From assembly GCF_036321535.1 (NCBI RefSeq), contig NC_087437.1:39682001-39746000 (forward strand): DNA of 64,000 nucleotides, in the 5' to 3' direction. Below are positions 13,139 to 26,399 of the stretch, piece by piece (the stretch's first letter is position 1; each line of letters opens with the position of its first letter). Below the pieces are notes generated by a model. That model did no database searches, was not told where the DNA came from, and saw only the letters and a program-made list of their open reading frames with translations. Source of the stretch: Camelus dromedarius (taxonomy: Eukaryota). The position numbers and the translations under genes were made by a program.

Positions 13139-16100
13139 GTCTTTATAATAACAAAAAAGTGAGAACTAAGCCTTTGAAAAGTAGAGTTAGATAAAGGTTC
13201 AAATTTATGAGTTTTTTCTGAAGATTATAAAACAAAAAGGAAGCCAAAAATATTAGAAAGAAATATATGAGAGTTTAGTTAATTTTATCATGTTTTGGCA
13301 TTTTGAAAATTTTTTTTACTTGCCCTTTTTTTTAAAAAAAAGTTTGTTCCATATGAAATAATCGTCTTTTTGCTCCATTTTGACTCAACATTCTCAACTT
13401 TCACCCCACTGAGAGAGTGAAATGGGGGTCCATTTTCAAATAAGGACACACTTGATTAACTCTAAACTGATGAGCCTGAACCAGTTTTAAAGATCACCAG
13501 AGAAGGAAATGCCATAGGTTCCTTTGATGGTTTTAGGTTCTTCTTTTTAAACAAACTTAGCTGGTCCTTAGTGCAAAAAAAAAAAAAAGCAAAGTTATAT
13601 TTTTATACTTTTTAAAAACTGCTCAATTTTGTAAATATTTTGCCAATAATGCAAAATTAAATCAATTTATTTGCCTAGAGAAAATGAAGTTTTTATTTGC
13701 AAGAGGGTCCTAAAACTGAACCAGAAGTTTCCGTTTATTTTACCGACTGGGACCCCGACTTCAGCAGTAAACACTTCCTGCTCCCATGGCTGAAGGGCCG
13801 TATATTATCTGAAATAATTTCTTCAGTCTGTGACTGGAGGAAGAAAAGTGACTTGCCCTTATTTATCTTTTTTAGGGGCTACATGGATTTTAGTGTCCTT
13901 GAAAACAAGTGATTGAGAACAAAGAATTAGCAATAATACACATCTGTATGATACCATTCATCTAAAGATCTCAAGGCATTTTTGAGTGTCTACACTGCCC
14001 CCATCTTTCAATTGCTAGAGCGTTTTGGTGGAAAGCAGGCAATACAGCTATATTTGTTTCCCATTGTGGCTTTGTAAAAGCCAACTTTCAAAAGAAGTTA
14101 CATGTATGGGTGTCAGTGGGATTAAGCAGACCTCACTCAGCTTGCAGTCCCAGCAGCCAAAACCTAAACACACAGGGGATGCCTGGTGTATATTTGTCTG
14201 ATTTAATGTAATTATATTATTAGGTCTTTTATATTAAATAGTGGAAAAGACATATTTGAAGGGACACATTGGTGTTTGCAGATAGGAAGAATGGAGATCA
14301 GGAGTACATTTATTCTTAAATTAAAAAGAAAAAGAAAATGAATGCTAGGACACTCCATTCTGACTAAAAACAAATTCTTAAACCTTTGCTCAGGTGTACC
14401 GTTCACAGGCTCTTAGCTGCAGTTCAGGGAGGGGAAGAGGTTTTTTTGTTTGCTTGTTTGTTGTTAACTCTTTCTCTTTAGTCTTTAAGTCACTGAGTGA
14501 CCTAATACTAATAAATCCTAAGAGGCAAGTAATTCAAAATGAACTTTAAGAAATGTTGTAGTGGATGATTCTGGAAATATCTGTCTTTACCTGGATTTAT
14601 TAATAAGTATAGTCTCCGTGATTAGAGGTGCCAACACAATGATTATTTTATAATTTTCTACCATTAAAATAAATAATTCTGAAAGTTTACAAGGGAAAAA
14701 TATTCTCTAGTATATCAAATACATATTAAATAACATTACATAAAATGTATATGTTTTTGAAATCTAGGTAGGAACCCCTCTGCAAAAATCAGACCACACG
14801 AAGATTCAGACAGCCAAATGCACCAGGTTTCTCTTGTAGCAGTTTGAAAATAGAAGGGTGATTTTTAGGAAACCAGTATCATTTACTGAAAGTAGCCATG
14901 TTTAAGTTTATATTATATTCCATGCTATTTAACATTCCCCACACAATATTCTTTGGATTAACCTCTTCCATAAATAAAGAACAAAAGAACTACTGTGAAG
15001 AAGCCTTATGAAGTATTTTCCAGGAGACTCGTTGTCTTTTTCCCTCCCCTTCCCTTTTTTGAAAAAAGCAGACTTTCTTCTAAAGAAACGATTTTACATG
15101 GTGTGTAAAACCGACCTTGAAGAAAAAATAGAACAAGATTAATCACGTATGGTAAATTTAAACATGAATCCGTGGAAATTCTCCTTTTCTGAAATCCTCC
15201 ATTTCTTTTAAAACATTCTGGTAATAAATTGCTGTGAGTGTTTGCCGTATCCTATGTCCTGACTCACTCGGAACAATTGATGTTTGGCACTCGTTCAGCG
15301 ATGGCTACGTACGTACACTTGTTAAAACAGGAGCCTGTTCACTTTCCCTTTAAGAGCCATTTAGTGAAGTTATGCTTGTTGTTTTTTTTTTTTTCTCTCA
15401 TTATTAAAATTCCTCATTAAACCTGCCTGAAAACTGAATATGACTCCTTTTACCTGAAGTGGTAAAATCACCCTCACCCCTCCCCAGGAGCGTTTTATTA
15501 CAAAAGAACAATGGATTCCCTTGCTGGGTAAAGTAGGAGCCCTGTGACTGATGTACTTTCTATCCTACAGAAGGCCTAATATTGTTAATTTACAAAATCC
15601 GTTCAAGGGAGCCACTTTGAAGGCAAACTCGGGTCGTGCACATGGACCCCTCCAGAAACGAGGTGTCAGTTCCAAGGCTGGCATTCCGCCTCAGCTGGCA
15701 TCTAGTGGTCCTCGCTCTTCCAGGCAATTTGGCCCTTGATTTCAAACAAATGCATCCTGAAGGCCCAATGCCAGGAATAGTTTGATATGATTTATGCTCC
15801 ATATTTGCTCACAACCCAGAAAATTTTAGACCTAAAAGACACATTTTTTCATTATTTAGCATTTGCTGTGAGTCGTGTGTAAGCCAAAGTTATTTTAGTG
15901 TCAACCTTAATTTTTCTGGACCTCCGAGTGCAGAGTCAACTCAACAGTGTTTCCACCTCTTGTTTGTTGCACAATAAGAAAGTCTGGTGGCTGCTATCAC
16001 TGATTCCTCAGTTCCAGACCTTTCTTTTCTGGTGAGAGGATGGCGAAAATAACACTTGGTTGCAGTGGTTTGATGTCAAGATGGCCATCATTTAAACTAT

Positions 16101-16802
16101 TTATTCCCCCAAAATTTACCATTTGAACCAGATTTACAGCAATCTTCTTTTACTTATTCGGAACTTATGGTTATGGAAGACTTAGGTAGATGAATTTCTT
16201 TGGAAATTAAAACTCATCTCTTTATATCCTACTGACCCTAAATAGAAACCAAGTGTGTTGTTTCTAGCTCTGCATAAAGGGGCATCTTAAAAGCAATAGT
16301 TTAAATGTCCCCAAAAGTCTCTGAAATGCCATCTGAACACTGGCCACCAGGTCATGAAGTGGTGTGGTTTCCCCCCAGCTTCCTGCATTCATCTTTTTCG
16401 CTATTTCTAAAATGAAGGGAAAGAGATACACTACTTATTTAAGCAAACTTATCTCTTTAAAAAAAAATGCACATTGCCCTCTCCACATCCACTGTTTACA
16501 TGGATTTCTTAAAACAGAATAAACATATTGCCCCATAATTTAAAAGTCATAAAAATACACCATAGGGTAGGTTGGCCACTAATAGCCACACAATCAAACA
16601 GGAATGGTACCATATAGAATGAGTGACACCCCATCCCCATGGGTTGACCTCGACTTCCTTGCACAGCTAGATTAACAGGAGGGCATATTATCCACCACAG
16701 ACTTAGAAGATGAACTGGTGGTGACAAAACAACGTGGATTATGATGCCACTGACCACCTGGCTCCGTACTCCTATCTGACCTCCACAGATCGGGTTTCTT
16801 AC

Positions 16803-16859
16803 CTCTTGCCTGTGCATGTGAACTACAGCTAGACTTGGATTTATTTTCCTTGGGTCTTC
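16803..16859 (-). ncRNA. Candidate internal exon (57 nt)
   Basis: Strong donor CAAGAG|gtaaga; atypical AAG acceptor that is the first AG after a distant pyrimidine tract (ctttcctctctttgttttataccttcttg). Confidence 0.3.
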
Positions 16860-18639
16860 CTTTGATTTTTGATATAATAGTTTTGTGGATGCAAGAAGGT
16901 ATAAAACAAAGAGAGGAAAGGTTCAGATATTGGGTTCCACTGTGGGTTTATAATAAGCTAGAACATTGCACTTAACTACTGCTCAGTTCAGAAAGACAAG
17001 GTAGTAAAATCTTTAGCATTTCGGTAAATTGTCCACAGTCAACATGAACTCAACACTACTTACTTGAAATACTTAAGACAAAATAAATATAGTGTCTGTA
17101 ATTTAAAAGTTATAAAAATACTAGCATAGAGTAGTTTATCTCACTCAACCACAAACACAGTAGGTATTTACAGCCTGGCCAAGGCACTGACAACAATTTC
17201 GTTATACATCCTAACTTCTTAGTGTTTCTGATTATATATATTTTTTAATACTTGTATAGTGAAGTTAATGCTTGTGACAGTAATAATTTGGCCACTTAAA
17301 TCATGCCAGGCTAAAACTTTCATAATATGGCTTGTAGGTTGAGGATCTAAATGAAAAATAACATTTTTATGTTGAAGGAAAAAGGAGTCTTACTTTGTGC
17401 TTTTAGAATAAAGTTTCAAAAATTCATGAATTCTGAAAAGTTACAGAAAAAAGTAATCAATTTAATCAACGTTGTGTGACAGTATATGACATTCTGAAAA
17501 AATATTTTAATATAAGAAAACAAAACTTTCAGCAGAAGAGCAGGGCCGCTTTAATTTGTAGCAAAATCTTTTAAATCTTAATGGAGGGCTCTAAAATCAG
17601 GTGTCTGCAGGCACTAAAAACCCGAGTGACTTGCCAATGTAATGGAAAGTTACTTAAGGCAATGATCCCAACAATGCCACACACGGGTGGGAAGTTTATA
17701 AGGAAAAACAGGAAGTGATGCCAGGGATCACAAAAGGACACTTCCCTTTTGATTGGAATGACTAGTCCAATGTCCCAAGGAGTGCTATGCACCCAGGGGG
17801 AGGCAGGGGGAGGCAGAGTGTCTCTCAGATAAAGCCCATGACCTGTGGTCTCACGACCTGACTTCAAAACCTGTGGAATACCACGTCAGGTTAGAAAAAG
17901 TTCCTATTTTGCGTTCAAATACTACTGAGTGAGGTCTGAATCACTGTTAACTTTTATATCTTAATCATCCTGTACTAGGTAGGCAAAAAGCCTGCTACTT
18001 CTTGCCCACATTCCTTCTGGGAATTTAAATTTTCTCACTTTAATTAATTGTACAATTTTATCTTGACAGAGAGTGTTGTAGTGTACTGAATTGGAATTTA
18101 TCGTCACAGTGGGTTTGGGTGGGCTTGGAAATTCAGCAGGGAACACTCCTTTCTTAATCCTTCCCTACCACCCACCCACCTGGCCCCACTTGTGTAGCTG
18201 CACGTGTGTGTGCTTTTTTTCTCCAATATCCTGAACCCCGGCAGGTTCTTGAGTGTGTTATACCTGCCAGGTCTATAGTTTGCTGTACCTCCCAATGTCA
18301 CTGCTGTGGCCTTTGTTTGCAGCAACTATAAAATTCAGCACATTATCCTCACTTGCTATAAAAGCAAACACTGAAGTGTCACAGAATCAAAGAAGTCACC
18401 TGAAAATAACTTTATGGACATAGGTGCTGAGTTTTCTATTCCTCTGCCTCCACTGAATATCACTCTAGAGCAGGTTTTTTTTTTTTTAATCTTAAAATCA
18501 TTCCCAGATTAGAAGGTAAACTAATAGCTAAGGGTAAACTTTCTTTGTGGCAAAAAATTAGGAAACAATGTGTGATTAGAAAGTAAAACTTACTTGCTCC
18601 TTTTCTCAGTGGGACCTGCCTAAGAGTTTCCACCTGCCC

Positions 18640-18882
18640 CCACCTGCTGACACTTTATATTCCTCTTCCTTGCTTTATTTTTTCTTCTTAGCACTTATTT
18701 CTATATAATAAACTGCATATTTTCCTTAACTTGTTTATTGACTGTTCTTATCAGTAGAAGGAAAAGTCCAAGAGGACAGGAATATTTGGCTCTTTTGTCA
18801 ACTACAATAGTGTATTTCCTGAGACTAGAACAGTGCCTGGCCCAAAGTTGAGGCTCAAAAATATATTTGCTGAATAAATAAA
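18640..18882 (+). mobile_element. L2 LINE 3' end
   Basis: ttcttagcacttatt...gaggacagga...ctagaacagtgcctggc...ctcaaaaatatatttgctgaataaataa. Confidence 0.85.
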
Positions 18883-18925
18883 CACAACAATGAAACCAAA
18901 GAGAGAGATTAAGGAAAGACGCACT

Positions 18926-19170
18926 GCAGAATAATGCTCAATGGTGGAGATTCTGGTTTCAGATTGTTTCAATTCAAAATTCAGTTGTATGACCTTGAGA
19001 AAGCTATTTATACTCACTCCTTCTCCTCATCATTAAAATGGGAAAATACCAGAACTATCCCCTAGTATTAAAGGGATTAAATAAGATAATCCTTGTGTAG
19101 AATTTAGCACCATTTCTGAAACAGCATGCAGTAAACACATGTTAATTAATAATGTTGTTATTATTATAAT
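18926..19170 (+). mobile_element. MIR SINE
   Basis: tgtatgaccttgagaaag...taaaatggga...ggattaaataagataat...ttagcac...ttattattat. Confidence 0.8.
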
Positions 19171-19671
19171 CACTATAACCATCATCCTCATCGTAATTTT
19201 ATGAGCATTAGATGAGAGTCATGAATGATCATTTAACAATACTTCAGTAAATGACATTTTGGCATAAATTTACACATCATTCTGGTGTCACTTTACATTC
19301 TTCTGTCTGGCCACACAGTAAAAGATCCTACTATCCAAAGAGCACTGCCTCCTCCCTCACCGACTTCTTTCTGTGCAAGGATCTGAATTATGTGCCTGGA
19401 AACTGTCCATTCATTGCCTTTGGCCATCTTGGGCGGGGGTGTTTTTCTGGGGCTGAAAGAGATGTCTCAGGGCGGCTCAGAGAGCAGCTTCTGGAAGCCA
19501 CTTGGTCTGGTTTTGAATGGATTGGGCTAAGTGATCCTTAAGGATTCATCTAGCTTTTAAATTTTATGATTTATGCCTAACTTGTCTTTCGGAGTAAGGC
19601 AGCAAGAAATGAAAAAAGGAATAATCACTTAAATGTCTTGCTTTCATTTAATGATTACCCAACTATTTGTT

Positions 19672-19790
19672 GCATTCATTCATTTACCCATTCCTTTGTT
19701 CTACATGTTTTGACTCTGTACAAAGGCATGGCGGAAGAAACAAAGATAAACCAGACTTCATCTGTGTCACCAAGTAGCTCGGCACCAGTG
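19672..19790 (-). mobile_element. L2 fragment
   Basis: cattcattcattt...aaacaaagataaaccagac...aagtagctc. Confidence 0.5.
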
Positions 19791-19870
19791 AGAGGCAGAC
19801 CAGAGGCCTCAGAGAAATGGTATTTTTGTTGCTGTTTTCCAATACTGCTGGTCTTACAGTTCCTCCAAAG

Positions 19871-20068
19871 ATGTTCTATCCAAAATGGTAACCACCAGCC
19901 ACACGTCACCATTTACATTTACATTAATTAAATTTAAAAATTCACTTCCTCAGACCACGAGCCACATTTCGAGTGCTCAGAAGCCACAAGTGGCTAGAGA
20001 CCAGCACGCCGGCCGGCACGGAGAGAGGGCACTCTCATCACCACAGAAGGCTCTGCTGGTCAGTGCTG
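19871..20068 (-). mobile_element. MER3-like hAT-Charlie DNA transposon
   Basis: ggtaaccaccagccacac...aaaaattcacttcctcag...agccacatttcgagtgctca...gtggctag...cagtgctg matches the reverse of the MER3 consensus. Confidence 0.85.
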
Positions 20069-20852
20069 GGCCAGGGACTGTGAGCTCCTGATACATTTGA
20101 AAGTAATAAAGAATTTTCTGGGGTCCACCATTAGCCAATATTAGCTAGCTTATTAAAGCAAACTTAATTGAAATGGCAAGCAATAATCATTAGCAGAGAT
20201 CCCAAATTAGTTTAAAGGTACCTACGGTTTTGAAATTAATTCCAAACATCGGCTGCCCTCAGTGCCTTGTTACGGCCTCTTATTCCTGCCATTAGACAAC
20301 AGCGAACCCCACATATGGTGCCCTGACTGGTCACATGATTTTTTAATATCCACATGATGGCACTAAAATGGCCTATTAGATTTACAGTGTCATTAACCTT
20401 CCAAAATAAAATGAGAGTCTGCTCTGGCAGGGGAAAAAAAAAGTGTGACTGCTGTTGGGTTTTGGGTAACCAGCCTGTGAGGAAATGCTGACAGGGGTCA
20501 GTGTGACATCATCTTTCATTCAGCCCCAAAGCTGTCAGGCCCTCCCCAGATGTCTGAAACGCAGATATAAATTTTCATTATCCAGCAGCAAAGGGCCAGA
20601 GGTACACCAAATGAATTTTTTACCAATCAAATTATAGCTCGTTGCCAGATTAAGTGTAAACGCTAATTTTGTGAAGTTTTCTTCTGGTCATTTATCTACA
20701 ACTCCACAAAGTAACCTTGCTGAAGCTGGAAAGATTTCTAAATCAAATTATTGTTTTTATAATCTCGTTGTGGACACCACAAAATTGAATAAAAAGCAAT
20801 TCCATTAAGAATGAATAGTGCCTTCTTCCATGGAACAATTAGATTTTTTTTA

Positions 20853-20879
20853 TGTGTGTGTGTGTGTGTGTGTGTGTGT
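20853..20879. repeat. (TG)n microsatellite, about 13 units
   Basis: Directly visible. Confidence 0.95.
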
Positions 20880-20924
20880 TTTAAAGAAAATGCAAAGCCA
20901 GGGAATACTAAGGACTCAGAGAAG

Positions 20925-21038
20925 ACTTGACTTCGTCATTCTGGGCCTCAGTTCCTCCACCTCTGGAGGGATGGGAATGGATATGGCAATCACTGATTCT
21001 GCAGTCTAAGGACAGCTCTAAGGGTCCATGCTTCTATG
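20925..21038 (+). mobile_element. MIR/MIR3 fragment
   Basis: tctgggcctcagttcctccacct core and tctaagg...cagctctaa...ttctatg tail. Confidence 0.6.
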
Positions 21039-23710
21039 TTGGGTTACTTCGTGTCTCCTATTTTTAATACGAAGTTTGGGAATAAAACAGCTTCCAAGTA
21101 AAAATTTTGCTACACTGTGTAAATTCACTATATATATATTGCTTTGAAATTAGAACTCAGTTTCCCTTAGAAATAACTGTGACACAGGATACATCACAGT
21201 TATATTTGATGCTACAATGAAATAAGGTTGTACCACAACAGAAGTACCCTATTACTGGTAGAAACAATCACTTGATTCAACAAGATGTACACAGGAAAAA
21301 TTAATCATGCTTTACTCTGGATATCGGAAACTTTATCTCTTCTGTTTAAGACTCTGCAGCTCCTCTATTACCCTTCAAGTTCCAAACCACTGGTAGTGAC
21401 TCCAAAGGCCTTAGGCAGGCTTCCGGCAGGATAGGGGTCCACCCACAGAGGCAAAGCAGCAGCAACGAAGGGTGTGAGGGAAGGAAGGGAAGGGACATGC
21501 TGGGCATGGGAGGGAGACCTGGGACTCTTGGCAGGTATAAAACCCAGAAGCTTTTCTCAAGAAAAACAGTGACTCTAGAACTTTCTTTTGAGCCCCTGGA
21601 ATGCTCTATTTGATGACTATGTCCTAGAGTTCTTCCCAGTTTTTCTGTTTTAAAAAAGATATATACCTTGTAGAAAAAGACAAAGACTATCTACGTGCCA
21701 GGAATATCCAGTCTTTGCTCCAAAACATAAAAAAGGCTGTATTTCAGAGGACAAAAACAAACTGTACACCCCGACTCTGGCCTCTCCTCTAGGATGTGGC
21801 AGGACAGGTGAACTAAGAAGCATGATGGAAAGTAGCTTAGAGGTCAGGGGGAGAATAATCTAAGAGGAGATGGAGAGTGTCAGCTCCTGCGGGGCCCAGG
21901 TCAAGTCTTCCTGCCGCTCCACCTCTCGTCACCAACCATGCTGCTACCTAAGCTTATGCTCTAGACCAGCTAAGGAGTGTCTGGGGAAAAGCACAAACCC
22001 AGTGGTGATGGAGTTCGTGAGTAAGAGGCAAGTGGGTAGAAATTCAAAGCAATGGCAAGAAGGACTCAGGCGGAGCGTTGGTCATCAAACAACGCACACC
22101 CGAGTGAGTGGTCCCTGTGCTTGAATGGCTTAAGGGAGAAGCCATGACACCTTAGTGCTCTTAAAACCCAGTTTCAATACATTTAACAGATCACTGTCAT
22201 CCTTACATAGAAACACATCATTCTAATCTGAGTCAATCACTTCAGTGGAAAACCCTATGTCTCAATCATCAGATTTAGACCTGCCCCAACAAACCTCAGA
22301 GTGAAAATAGAGTGAGGCCACTGGGGATTAGAAGAAGAGAGAAAAATAATTTTCCAACCCTTATAAATGCTGAGATGGTCCATTGTTTACAGTGTGACTT
22401 AATTTTAAAACAGCTAGACTGAGTTTAAAACACACAGTGTTTGTGATCCACCCGGGATTAAGAAGCAAGGCAATGGGGCCCACAGAGAATCAAAAAACCT
22501 GAAAAGCCCCATGGGCCGTAAGGCCATCCAGCATTTGGCTAACACTGCAACAATCTGTTGAGTTGAGCATAAACGAAGGGTACAAATTAGATTTCCCCTG
22601 AAAGCCACAAGATTAAACATTAAGGGGCAAGTTCTTGGCAAAATGTATGTGTGTATTTTCCAAAACCAAGTTTTATGGAAAAAAAAAAGTTCACAAAGTC
22701 TGTTAAATACATGGGTCAGATTTTCTCATGCTTAAATATCTGTTTAATTTAAATGAACACAGTATTCAGGTAAATCCAGCCAGAGATGGCAGTGAGACTC
22801 CTAATGAATGTACTGATTTGGAAGGCTCTAAAATGAGTTTTACAGAGAGACAGTATCATTCACTATCCATATGTGAATTTTAGCATGAGCTCCATGCAAC
22901 TATGTAATATTAAAAATATATAAACTATGGGAAAAGTTAAGAATGTATCCTAAGTGGAGGGAGATGTGGATTTCACTTTCACTATCCCATAACGTGTACG
23001 TTGAAAACTGATGTTAACTAAGTGAGGATTCTGCTGCCCAGCTGCTTACAGGTGCTTGCCTGGACTTTACTGTCTCCAAACCAACGGGGACAGAGGAGGC
23101 TGAAGTGGGTCAATAAGAGTAAAAAGGATTGCTTGTTTTTGAAGCACGTAGGAGAGAAACATCTTTGCCTTCTCAGCGTTTAGTGGCCTTAGCTGTATCT
23201 TCTCCCAAATGTGCAACACCCAACAAAAACAGGACCCATACCCGCTGGCGCCCTATTCCACCATCCTGTCTTACAGAAGGAGATGAAATATTAGGTGGCT
23301 CATCCTAGGATTCTTGCTCAGGGGGCCACAGACTGGTAAGGGAAATAAGTAACATACAATGGGAATGGCTCTAAAAAGTGTCTGTGACAGAGAAGAAGGG
23401 AAATTGGCAAAGGGCTCCTGATTTCAGCATGTAAGCCTCCCCTGTCTCTCTCCATCCATTCCATTATGCACTGCCCTGGATGGCCAGTTGTCTCCTCATT
23501 CTCTTCAAGGTGTGTTCCCCACGCCCTTACCCTACACTTAGAAGAAGCCTGGAGCTTCTAAGAGCAATTCTTTTCCTACATCTATTGAAGGTGAATAAAA
23601 TAATTTGTGAGAAGTACACGTAAAGCATTTTTATCTATTTAAACTTAATGAGTTACATAGATTTTATTTCCTAAATCTTTGTAAATTCTTCCTACTGGTT
23701 CTGTGCCTGG

Positions 23711-23858
23711 AGCTGGTATTTACCAAGCATCTACTGTGGGCCAAGGCGGTGCAGTTATTCCCCCCACCTGTTTTATACAGGAGGAAACGAAGTAATAGAG
23801 AATTTAGGTAACTTGCCCAAGGTCATAAAACTAACACTGTAACAGAGGGTTGAAACTA
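23711..23858 (-). mobile_element. MIR SINE fragment
   Basis: ttttatacaggaggaaac...aggtaacttgcccaaggtcata. Confidence 0.8.
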
Positions 23859-26329
23859 CATTTTTCCCCTTCAGATATCTACATACAATGTGAATGTATT
23901 CTTTTTATTCAAGAGATTATATGCAATGACCAGTAATGGAAAAGGAAGTCAGAGAAATTCTCTGGGGCTGTTCACATACAGAGATCTTACATAAAGTTCT
24001 TATTGACTGCAAGGAACTTAACTGACTTGGGCTGTATCTCAGAATTGCACTAAAAGTACTTCTATTTCCCAAAGAAAAATTTTGTTTTGCTGTATCCATG
24101 GCACTGGGCAAGAGACTCTGATGTCTTTTGATTTGAGAAAAGATGTTCACAGATGATAAAAAGGCTCCCTTGCCCCACTTGTAAAAGAGAGCTTAACCTT
24201 ATCAGTCTTTAGTCTCTTCACTGCATGGCTTTAGCAAGTCACTGGCTGGACAAGGAATCCTCCTTCTTTGAAAAAGAATATTTGGATCTTTTAGTCAGAT
24301 TCACTATTTTATGTTAAAAAGCAGCTCCTGGTGATGGATTGCTAGAGGAAAGGAGGAGTCGGTTAAGACTGTACAGAGGACTATTATTGACCACAGTTTA
24401 CTAATGGGAAAAAGGACTCGACAGTTTTTACTGAACAACAAAACATTTTTTTCAGTTCTTATGATCTGAAAAAAGCAAAATGCAAGTTCTCTTTGTAATA
24501 TTTTGATTATATGATATAAATAGAGAGAAGAAGAGAAAGGGAGAGCTTGTATAAATGAATCTGAACTCCACAATTCTTATTTTTAAAATCCTATCTCCTA
24601 CCTGTTGTGATGTGGGGACAATATCCTATCTTTCCTCTACCAGGAATGTGTTTGCCAAATGACCTAGTAGGTAAATATTTCTAAGTGAAAAATTCTGCAC
24701 AGGTTTCATTTCTCTGTATCAGACCGCAGGAGCTGATGGCTATCAGCGTGATTGGTTTTCAAGCTATGGGGACAGGGATGTTATGCACAGGCTTTGACTC
24801 CAACGAAGACCATCAAGTAACACACCTGAGAAGTAAGAACTTCTAAGATCTACTCTCAGCAAGCTGAGCCAAAGTTTGGCCATCCCTGACTGGCAACTGT
24901 GGATGCAGCATTTTGCTCAGGAAGTGCATCAGGGGAGAGGAGGGGACATCAATGCAAAGAGCCATTGATACAGATGCAGAACTGTGCAAGCTATGGAATA
25001 AAGTGGACTGTTTTGAAAAGGAAACAAGATTAGAAACATGGCAATATTTCATGACGAGGCACATTCGAGATACGTCTCTAGGAAGTGGGAATCAGCCTGC
25101 ATGGGGTGGGAGGGTGGCCCTGCCAAATTTGGGAGTTGGTCACTGTTAAAGTGATCCCAAAACAAAGGGTGGGTTTGGAGCAGTGTCCCCAGTGGGAACA
25201 ATTGTTTTCTCATCTGAGATTCTTTCTCCCAGAGTTCAAGAACAATTGAGACAAATGCTTTCAAAGGTCAAGTGAATAGACAATGCTGGGAACTCCAGAG
25301 CACTCAGTGGTGAGTCCCCGGGCTTCCGTCCCCACAGAGAGAACTGACAACAGCCCAAGTAGTTTGAAGCAATCTGATTCAAACAATCTTGCAGCGTTCC
25401 TGAGCAATTTCTGTGGTTTCCACCGAGTTCCTCCTCTACTGTACTCTGTGCCGCAGATCTACCACAGATTTGGCTAAACGGATGATTTTCTTAAAAAGAA
25501 TTATCTATGGTGGTTAAGCCATATTTTGGATGATACTACAGCGGGAAGTCATAATGGAAATACTAGCACACGACTTATTCTTCCTACCCTCAGTGCAATA
25601 CCTGCTACCACTCGAATTTAATCATTTAAAGTCACTCATTATGCGGGAGGATGTTACAATCAAGGAGTAAAAAAGGAACTGAAAATTAAGAAAGGACCGA
25701 TTACCATGATCTTATAAACTATGATTTATGCTGAGACCAGTTTTTCAAGAAGCTAAAAAAAAAGAGGGGTATATTTTTGCAAGACACAGTAGATTTTTTT
25801 CAAGAAAGTAGTATATTAAAAATAAAAACAGGATAAAAATAGAAAAGAAATTTATGAAGGAAATTCAGAGATGTGATTATAGCATCACACTAATGACATT
25901 ACAATTAACCTCAAAGGCATTTCCATACAAACTTCCCTCTCCAACATAAGTCACTCTAGCCAAGGAATAATCCTGTCAGGCTGAAATACTGCATACTTGG
26001 TGTGAGTCTAAAAGTGTTTCGGCTTTCTTCATTTTGTTTTTATTGCCAAGTTGGACAGCATTAGACAGAGCTGTTCTGGAGTTAGAGGGATACAATAGTC
26101 TGCAGTTTTAAAAGTTTAAGGTTTTTTTTTTTATGTTATTAACTCAAACGTAGCTTTTAAATCCCAATCTGGGCCACTCTTGGAGCTCACGTCAGGCTCT
26201 AATACTTTGGCTCAGTGGGTAGGACAACATTGGACACTGTGAAGATGCTAGTCAATGTTTCTAAAATAAGACACAAAATCACTTGCTAAAATACATGCTG
26301 ATTATATGGTCCAAGCTTTTCACACTCAC

Positions 26330-26399
26330 ATATATGTGAGCGTTAACTGCATTGGCTTGGAAACACTGGTTCTGGCTTTCTGGTCAATGGTCCGTTTAC
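26330..26399 (-). ncRNA. Candidate internal exon (70 nt)
   Basis: Minus strand gatttttactatag|GTAAACGG...CACATATAT|gtgagt. Confidence 0.4.
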
